The position numbers and the translations under genes were made by a program. Below the pieces are notes generated by a model. That model searched no databases. It was not told where the DNA came from and was given only the letters and a program-made list of their open reading frames with translations. Positions 54,928 through 64,000 of a DNA stretch of 64,000 nt are shown here, piece after piece. The number at the start of each line of letters is the position of its first letter. The first letter of the stretch is position 1. Source of the DNA: Chrysomallon squamiferum (lineage: Eukaryota > Animalia > Mollusca). Location of the stretch: contig CM022670.1 of NCBI GenBank assembly GCA_012295275.1, positions 6,944,001-7,008,000 of the forward strand, given 5' to 3'.

Positions 54928-55795
54928 TTGTCGTTTTTTTGTTTTGGGGGATATTTGATTTTGAGGTCGTTGTTTTTGCTGCTGCTGCTGCGGTTGGGTG
55001 TTTTGGTCTTCATGACAGTAATCCGAAACTGATATTTTAGTAGTAGTAGTAAAGACCTGACGAGCCTTAAACAACTTGAAAACATTCAACATGCATTTAG
55101 AGTCTTTGTGCCATCAACGATATACTTTAATAACAAAAACATTTTAATATTAATTTGTATAAATGAGTGCACGAATTTTCACAGTTTCTATGCAATTTCA
55201 AATGTACGTACTCCTTAACTTTTTTGGTAAATCATTACTTCTTCTATTAGTCTATGCATAAATAAAAAAAAAAAAAAAAATTATTACCACGTATGTGACA
55301 AATCATCAAAGTTTCCCAATCTTGACTTCTTCATTCCAGGAACATGCATCATCACATTAACCCATTCTTCATAAACAATCTCTCCATTGTGGGTGGAAAA
55401 TGCGTTTGATACACCATTTGGGTTTATTGAAAACACGGTAAGCGGAACAACAACCACGCCAGCATCCGGTACGCGAAGAACCGTTGATGCCACTGAGCAA
55501 CGTTCAAGCGACGACATCGTTCTGGATGTTGTCTTAGTGTTGGTGTTTCTGTCACTAACATAACAATAAAGCAGGTATATAACTGAAACGACTTATTTTT
55601 CATAGAATTATGCATCTTGAGAAAATATCATATATTTACTGCCGAGGTTAACAGAGAAACAAATATTCATATAAATACACATAAATATAAAAATATAATC
55701 ACAAATAAATTTTGATACATACAAATTATATATATTTTATAAGCATTTTTATTTCCAATTGTTCATGTTTTAATATACACATATGGAAGTGGTGG

Positions 55796-55842
<47 letters not shown>

Positions 55843-56089
55843 TGCGCGTGCGTGTGTGTGTGTGAAGTTTAACAGTATTAATAATAATAATAGTATATTA
55901 TCAGATACATAATTACAAAGCGATCTTCAAACCAATCAAAATTAAAATAATAATTAAATAACTTTCCTATTATCGACTGAATTGCTTATGTTACCTACCT
56001 AGCGTGCATCCATTTTCAGATTTTGGAATAAATGTGATCAAATTCCAGTAGATGCTATATCAAAAACTAGGATACGTACCTCTCTCCAT
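52233..56089 (-). CDS. Uncharacterised protein (~380-407 aa) with a Cys-rich hydrophobic segment and a CxxC…CxC motif. Exons 56080-56089 (uncertain), 55288-55582, 54727-54845, 54177-54286, 53562-53744, 52918-53029, 52233-52627
   Basis: A chain of GT-AG introns with matching phases (1,2,1,0,0,1) gives an open 1224-nt frame: …MSSLERCSVASTVLRVPDAG…HTW|TTRVDS…|PMVVCIQPKASCMEKL…FYFE|VDVGRAVVNW…WDWQSILGCLPCLCCCLLGGCFYR|CHRCLWYRQDIR…|LINWTKSAGGNICGRCG…CTC…AFRF*. The start codon (56089 or 55517) and the donor at 54727 are uncertain. No family recognised. Confidence 0.7.
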
Positions 56090-56499
56090 ACACTCCTAAC
56101 AAAACCCTTTCTTTGCCAGGATGAAAGGACCTGCTTTATTAACATGAACGAAATCATAATCAGTAATTACTGAAGCGTGTATTTATTTATTAAAAAAAAA
56201 AGAGATAAAAATAACAAATAGTACTAGAAGTATGTGTCGCTTCAATGCATCTAAAACATATTTTGTTCATTGTTGTTCGTTCGTTTCACCTGTATGCATA
56301 TATTTCATGCTGATATTATTCAGTTCCTATTTTTGAGTAACTTGTGCGTGTGTTAAAGCGTAATAATTAATTTTGTTTAATTAGTCCCATGTCTGTCTCA
56401 GACTCGAAGTGGCATAGTCATGGTGGGAGTACAAAAACGTTTGGAAGTAGAATTTTCGATACAGAATAGAAACGTCAAGGGAAGTAAATCTTTTCAATC

Positions 56500-59400
56500 A
56501 TGGCTTCCAGTTTCGGTTGTTTGTGGTGGTTTGTTTGGCGAGTATGGTTCCTTATCAAACTGTATATTTTTAGCGCGATGGTGCTAATAAAACAGATGTG
56601 TTCAAAACATAATAAGATGCCAGGTGTGTTTCTTTTAATTAAATCAGTCTTAAACTAAGGAACTGAAGCAACAAAAACTCTGTCAAATTCGTCTGAAACT
56701 ATTAACTCATTCTCTCGATTCAATAAACTTTAAATTTATAATACCTTTATTTTTGTCATCTTTCAAAAAGTGAAATAAATACTATTTAGAAAAAATATAT
56801 AATAGAATTTTACTTCTTTCTTTTTTTTCTTTTACTGATTAACTTACGGTAAAAGGTTTAAAAAAAAAAAAAAAAAAAAAAAAATTAATGTTTTCGTTTT
56901 TATTCCAGAAAAATATCAATTCTGTTAATTTATATCACGAAGAGGTTATGATAATATTGTTTTATTTTCAGTCAATTATGACGCACATGGACTGGTAGCC
57001 ATTGTCACAGGTGGTGATTCAGGCATTGGTTTGCAAGTCAGCAGAATTTTAGCCACCAAGAATAACATGCATGTTGTGATTGGTAAAAGTTATTGATTTT
57101 AACAGTGAAAATGTTTCTGATTGAATAAATAGTTCAGATTAAAGTAACAGAATATTATTTTAAAAAATGGTAATTGAGTTGTAATTGATCAGATCACAGT
57201 TATTATGAAGATCTGCTACAGTGAAGATGTATTTAAATAACCAGTTACAGTTACAGCAATATATAATATCTCAATTACAATTTCACGATTATAATTGACT
57301 CCAATTCTGAGTATGGCAACCATGAATATTAAACAATTATATTTTTATTTTATTTTTTGAACAAACATATTCAGTGTATATAAATTTTTATTAATTTTTT
57401 TTTACCCAAATGAATAGAATAATAATACAAATTAAACAGACAGAATCTTATAATATTATAAATAATTTTATATCTTTAATTTCAAATGTTTTTAGAAGGT
57501 TACCATAATTGATTTTTATTTGTTTGCTTCTGGCATTTTTTATTTATTTATTTTTCTTCCATTTAGCCTGCAGAAATAAAGGAAATGCTCAAAAAGCCAT
57601 TGATGGAATAAAAAGTGAATTTTCAATGGCAAGAGGTAACAAATATAAGATACCAAAAAAAAAAAAAAAAAAAAAAACCCTTTCTGAATACTTGAACAGA
57701 AATTAACCATCTTATGATGTAGCAGTCCATTTTTTAAAATTGTTAATTTTATTTGTGTTATTTATTTCTTATTTTACATTCTGAATATTTCGTTTGTATT
57801 TTGTAGTTCAGTTTTTAATTTTACATTTAATATTATTCAGTGAAATACATATATTTTAAGTAAAATGTTTTAAAGAAAGCCAGGCTCTTGTATGGTCTCA
57901 TAGGTGTTTTTACTGCTTCATATATTAGTTACTTTTCTTGAAAATGTAAAACGCTGGAAGACATCAAAGAGATAAAAGCAGCTTTAGACATTGATTTTTA
58001 TTTTGTTGTTGTTGGTTGTTTTTTTTTCAGCGCAGTATATGTATCTTGATCTTTCTTCTCTGGATTCTGTCAGAGAATTTGTAGAAGAATTTCTCAATTC
58101 TGATCTTCCTCTACATCTTCTTGTCAACAATGGTAATGTAACATTTTATATATGTTCTATGTAACTAGATACTTCCTTGATATCCTTAGCATTACAAATA
58201 CTTACTAGCAAAGCTATCAGATATAAGTCCTCTTTCAAGCACAAGGAATTGCAGGATCAAAGCGTCTTTGTGTCTTCACCAGGGCATTTCCCACTCCACA
58301 CCACTATGGCTGGAGAATTCTAGATATCCACTGATACTAATCTGTCAGAAATACATAAAATATTTTACAGTTGAGTTTTTGTCTTACCATTACAAGTGTT
58401 TAAATTTTAAGTGCTATATGAGTTTAAAAAAAAAAAAAAATCTCTATTAAAATATATTGAACATTCATTCATTTGTTGTAGCTGGTGTCATGTTTGTGCC
58501 ATACTCTCAGACAACTGATGGGTATGAACATCATTTCCAGGTTAACTACTACTCCCATCTTCTCCTCACCCACCTCCTTCTTCCCAAACTGAAAGAATCT
58601 GCTCTGAATTACCAGTATTCCAGAATCGTCAATGTTTCATCTGCAGTACATTTCCTTGCCAGTTATGAAGACATAAAACCAAGGTTTGTTTTATTTTTTT
58701 GAAGTAAGAATTTTCTGTCACTAAATTTATTCTGATGTATCATGTCATATTAATAGTTTACTTTCCAAACACTGATAATCTTTTCATTCCAGTAATGAAT
58801 GATGTTGCAAGTCCAGAAGTAATAAAATTAAGAATGGCAGCAGTGTTTTTTGTCTATAATCATTTTATTGTGGTATTTTCATACTTTGTTATTAAAAAAG
58901 ATTAGTTGCTGGGGGTAAATAAAATAATCACAGATATAACATACACTTTGTATTTGCTGTATTATTTCTAGTATTTTGGGGTAGATTCAGTGGATAATAA
59001 CCTCTTTGGACCCCAGTACATACACTGAATACATTTTCTAGCTTTAAATATATTGTTTCATGGAAATATTAATGATAATAAATTTTTTTTTTTTTAAATT
59101 GGATTCAGATTCAGTGATGAGAGACAGTATTCTGCACATGCTGCATATTCAGCATCCAAATTAGCACAGGTCATGGAAACATACAGACTAAGTCGAGAAC
59201 TGAAAAGCAGCAATGCAAAAGTAACAGTGAATGCTTTACATCCTGGGGCCATTGACTCAAACCTCTACCAACATTTACACTGGACAATGAAACTAATAAT
59301 GGAAGGTCTCCGCAAAAGTACATTTAAGGTGAGTGTCTCAGGCAGATTTTAAACAGTTGACTTAATATTGTAATTTGTATGGGTTTTCTTCAATAATACA

Positions 59401-59987
59401 TAATTTCACTAACCTTTACAGTTCAGATCATGTTTAAAATATATTGTTATATGGATTAATATTAACATGAGAATAAAGTTTATATTATGACATATAATTG
59501 CAATCTGACATTCCATAACATCTCTGTATGCAGTTTGTCATAATACCAGATAAATGGCATATTAATTTTTAAATACTTTTCAGTGTGAAAGATAATCTCT
59601 TTCAAATATTTGATTAAGAATAATCAGTAGAAAGTCAACAAGAAGGTTTCTGTTCTAGGACATAATCATCATCAAAGCAGAATATGTTTCACACATAATT
59701 ACTGTCAAGAGATGAAGGTGTTTTTCTAATTATAATGCAGGTACAATGTTAAATAACAGATACTGTTTTCACAACCTTTTAATCACACTTGTTCATGGTA
59801 AAATCTTGTTTAATTTCAGACTACAAAACAAGGTGCAGAATCAGTAGTATATGTAGCTCTCTCACCTGATCTTGAGACAGTGAGTGGTGGTTACTATGAC
59901 AACTGCATCCTGACGAAATCCAGTAGTGTGTCATATTCTGAGGAGCTGCAGGATGATTTGTGGAAGAGGTTTCATCCAGACTTATAG
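56500..59987 (+). CDS. DHRSX: Short-chain dehydrogenase/reductase, DHRSX-like (polyprenol dehydrogenase / RDH11-14 clade), 331 aa. Exons 56500-56623, 56972-57082, 57567-57635, 58031-58132, 58482-58683, 59109-59328, 59820-59987
   Basis: Motifs [45 protein letters not shown]…[21 protein letters not shown], catalytic [18 protein letters not shown] and LQDDLW. The hydrophobic N-terminus ([15 protein letters not shown]) and seven-exon layout resemble DHRSX as I recall it. Total 996 nt with consistent phases. Confidence 0.85.
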
Positions 59988-61276
59988 TTTGTAATCATGT
60001 GATTATCATCATTAAGCAACAAATCAAATAAACTCTAGAAAAAACCAATTAGTGTGAATCCGAAGTGAGATCATTGATGAACTGGAAAAATAAAACATAA
60101 TAAATGTTTTCTTACTTTTTTCATTGCATTTGTTTTTTCAAATTCCATTTCTGTTCTGGGGTAATTCCAGTTCAGTGTTTGGCAGGACCATCATAACTGC
60201 ATTATAGGGTCTGATGCAAAACAGTTCACTGGCACCGCTACATATACAGCCTCAAAATATTTACTGACATCAAGCCATATCATAGATGTATTGTATGGGC
60301 ACCTAGATCAGTGGAGGCCATTTTTTAGACATCACATAGTTAGAAATGATATTTAACTCTTATAAAGAGTTTTCTGAACGTTGTTCAACCTCAAGCTGTC
60401 TCATTAAATTTGAACGTGAAGGCTACTGAAAATCATTTCATGCAGTTATGTTTGAATGAAAAATGAATTCAAGTAACTACTTAACAAATATACATAACTT
60501 GCATTTCTTGTTCTTCTGTAGTCATGTACATGTATTTTAGATGACATTTTATCGGTATTGTTATTTCAGTGTCATTTTTTTTTTATTGTAAATCAAAATT
60601 TTCCTAATAAACATAAATTTTCTAATGAATTGATTAAGCTTTTGTAATCTTCATTGTGTAATAAAATGTATTTTTGTTTAGATTGTTTTGTCTTATTTTA
60701 ATTAAAGTTTACTGAAGAGGAATCTACTTCATATTATTTTTATTTTATTTTATTTTTTTCTAAATGTTGAATAAGCTGTAGAGAAAAAAATGCCATCAGT
60801 TCCTTTACATTTTAAATAGTTACAAAGATGTATTGAATTCCAAAAATAATTTTTCTTTTTTTTTCTTTATCTTATACTTTTTCTGGAAGAAAAATTATTC
60901 TATTTACAATTTATTTTATTTTAAATAATCATCAATTCAACATTTCTTCAATTACCATTTCTTCTTGGAGTTTGCATTATATTAATATCCAATTCCTGTT
61001 GGTGCCCTTCATCTCTGGATCAAACTCCATGGCACATGCCTTCCTGTTTAAGAACATGAATATTAAAGATGAAAAAATAACACAAACAAATTTACTCTCA
61101 TATGTATTGGGGGAATATATATGAGCTTTATCCTATGGTGGTTAAAATGCCATATTGAAAATGAGCTGATAATACGTTTTTCTCTTTGTCCACAGAATAT
61201 TTAACATTTGACATTCAACCTGAGCAGGATAAACCTAACATCTTATGACCATAACCTTTTTCTTTATTATTTGTTT

Positions 61277-61354
<78 letters not shown>

Positions 61355-61818
61355 TCGTTTGAAAACACTATACTACATATATATCAAAACAAACAGTTCT
61401 TAAATAACAACCGTTTATTTGTTATTTTTATATTTATACAGTTTCTTAAAATTATTTTAAAGATCTAAACCAACAATTAACCTTAAAGAAAATATGGCTT
61501 TCATATCTATTATTATTAATATTTATATACATACGTATGTGTGTAAAATAATAATAAAAAAAAATAAATATATAAATAAAAAGAAAACAAAAAACAAAAT
61601 TTATAACCTTCTTTTATAACAATTATGTTAATATATTACGTAATTCTAAGTACTTAATTCAAGATGAAATCGTGCTCCCCTTAATTAAGATTCATGTTTG
61701 TCTGTCCTGTGCAGAATTTGATATAGTTATTTTCAAAAGCGGTAGAAACAAAACAAGGGTAGAAAGTGTGCTGTGAGATCTACGTTATTCTTAGAAACGA
61801 GTAAGTTGCCCTTTGTTT

Positions 61819-61892
61819 ATCACGTGATATAAAAATTTATTTTGACAACTCTGCCGTCAACTGAAAAAGTCTTGGTCTACAATTTCTGAAAG
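61819..61892 (+). promoter_or_regulatory. Palindromic E-box ATCACGTGAT followed by a probable non-coding first exon of FAXDC2
   Basis: ATCACGTGAT at 61819-61828 and a donor AAG|GTAAAG at 61892/61893. The phase-compatible frame has an upstream stop and no ATG, so the exon would be 5' UTR. Confidence 0.4.
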
Positions 61893-63788
61893 GTAAAGTT
61901 ATTATTTTACTTTATATTTGCGTTTCAGTGATTTTTATTTTTTTGGGGGGGGGGAAGAACCTTCTTTAACAATTCCGCCATGTATTTCTACAATAATAAT
62001 AATAGGATTATGTAACTGATGCTAGTAGGCTAATGAAAAATGACCTTTGGACTTCACTGTATGAAACCTTTGTTTACATTTTTACATCGCAGTAATAGTT
62101 ACAGTAGACTGACAGATCAGTGAAAATATTGAACAAAGGTAACAGAAATGTTCTTCTTTTTTCAAGTGCAAAGGCCTAAGATAATTCTACCTGTTTTTGT
62201 TCTTTTTTCATCTCAAAATTTTCATTCATTTATTGTGTAAATATTTAACACATTATAATTTATAGTGTTATTACTGTTTTAATGTTTACACTTTACAGTA
62301 ACAGTGATTACTTATTTCTGCCCTCGACTTTCACTTTGATAATCATATTGAAAAGAACATTTTTATTTTCATTCTCTTCTAGCCATAATTGTGTTAATAT
62401 TAATTTGTTCTGGGTTTTTTTCTTGTTTTTTGTTTTACAAATGGCGTTTGCTTTTTAATTTATTCGTTTTATTTTTATTTATTTTGGGTGTGTGCATTGT
62501 AATTCAGAAGATGTTAACGAAGTGATAATAAAATATGTTAATTTACTGCTAAATCTTTTTCTTGTCATAATCTCCATTACTTTTTCTTTCTTTCTTTTTT
62601 TTTTTTTTTTATTTTTTTTTTTTTTTTTTTTTTTTTTATTTTTTGTCATTTTGTATTTTATCTTCTTTTCCTTCCATTTTTATTTTATTTATTTATTTTA
62701 TTATTATTTTTTTTTTTGATATTATTTTTTGATTGTTGTTTCAAGGATCAGAAACTAAAATGCTAGAAAACTAAAATTATTTCATTATTCATGTTTTATA
62801 CAAGTGATGGTGACAACAACTGTTTTTGTAATTGTCAAATGACAAGCTAAAAATAGAACTGAACTAATAGCCTGACTTCAATGTCTGGTCTAGAGGACAT
62901 ATTTTCTGATGTAATAATCTGCACATGATCTGCACAAATCAAGTTAATCCTGTTATATTGTAGATACGCCATGAACTAAATAAACTGTATAAGAATTAAC
63001 TTATTAACCAACTGCTTTGTTGTATGAATACAAAAAGTAACATTATCTACAAGGTTTCTAAAGAATTAACAGATATAATTTAAATAGGTCATAAATCTGA
63101 GAAATATTAGATATACATGTAAGTATGTATGTAAGTTATATAAGTAGGGTGTAGATTTATCATCAAACTAGAGAAATAATTTAAGCTATATGGATATAAA
63201 TCTGGTTGGTATTGTTTAAACTGTTTTAAAACATTCCATGAAAGAAAATTATCAAAAATTTAGACTATGTATGTACAGAAAATGAGTACATTCTGTATTT
63301 GTTATTGCAAATTCAAATTTAAATATTTAATAAGATTGTCAGTACATATAAAAAATTGTGAATTGTATTTTGTTTCCATACAGTTCATTATTTATTACTA
63401 ATTCTTTATATTTTTATCTTTTCTACTTCTTATTTTTCATAATTTATTTTTACTATTATTATTATTATTTAATTATTTATTTATTTCCTCTCTTTTTTTC
63501 AGCATTGAAATGCATATTTGCTTATTTCTCTATACATTTTAATATTAAGAATTAAGTCTTTTGTGTTAAGATAATGATAGTGAAAACAGATTTGTTAGCA
63601 TCACATTGTAATTTGTTTGTTCTTTATTCACAGCAAGGAATTTTTATGTGAACTTCACAAAAGGAAAATCCATACAACACTATTTGATTCTTATTTATTT
63701 ATAAATTTACTTTTATTTATATTTTAGGTTTGTGTTTGTACTTGTATTTGTTTTATTTATTTTTTTCAGATCTCTCTTGACTGGAAAC

Positions 63789-63889
63789 ATGGTTGTTACC
63801 AGTCAGTTGTTTGACTCATTCAAGAAGGCTCTGGTTGTCGTGGGAACAGCCTTGCTTGTCTTTATCGCTGCCAGAAATTCTATTACATG
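63789..63889 (+). CDS. FAXDC2: Fatty acid hydroxylase domain-containing protein 2, first coding exon (gene continues beyond the window)
   Basis: Acceptor TTTCAG| at 63769 and donor TG|GTAAAT at 63889. The translation MVVTSQLFDSFKKALVVVGTALLVFIAARNSITW matches the FAXDC2 N-terminal pattern (…AFxxGxxLLxFxAxxNSxTWH). Confidence 0.8.
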
Positions 63890-64000
63890 GTAAATATGTT
63901 ATAACATTTTGTCATAATGATATCTCATGTTACATTTTCAGTACATATCTCTTTCCTTATTTATTTTTATATCAGCTTACTACTTTATTGTTGTTGTTGT

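Noticed and set aside
60966-61029. 9-bp inverted repeat TGGAGTTTG…CAAACTCCA as a snoRNA or miRNA
   Set aside because: No C/D or H/ACA boxes, and the interior does not pair.

Overview
AT-rich, microsatellite-dense eukaryotic DNA with GT-AG introns. It is most likely molluscan (gastropod-like); that is an inference from the protein motifs, not a database result. Most entries in the ORF track are artefacts of simple repeats. Splicing by hand gives six protein-coding genes with consistent intron phases: (1) the 3' part of a GT32/DxD glycosyltransferase (+, 1-3211); (2) a 1151-aa type I membrane protein with two IgGFc-binding-protein N-terminal domains, DNDCDG motifs, a Ser/Thr stalk and an unnamed juxtamembrane module (+, 16752-24225); (3) a transgelin/myophilin-type calponin (-, 31239-34064); (4) an uncharacterised ~400-aa protein with a Cys-rich hydrophobic segment (-, 52233-56089); (5) a DHRSX-like SDR, head-to-head with gene 4 (+, 56500-59987); (6) the first coding exon of FAXDC2 (+, 63789-63889). 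The most novel-looking signal is a stop-riddled, highly diverged second copy of gene 4 in the apparently empty region 39.2-43.3 kb. It points to a small tandem family I cannot assign, and suggests gene 4 itself has a 1-nt lesion bypassed by an internal splice acceptor. All homology calls were made by eye; no searches were run.
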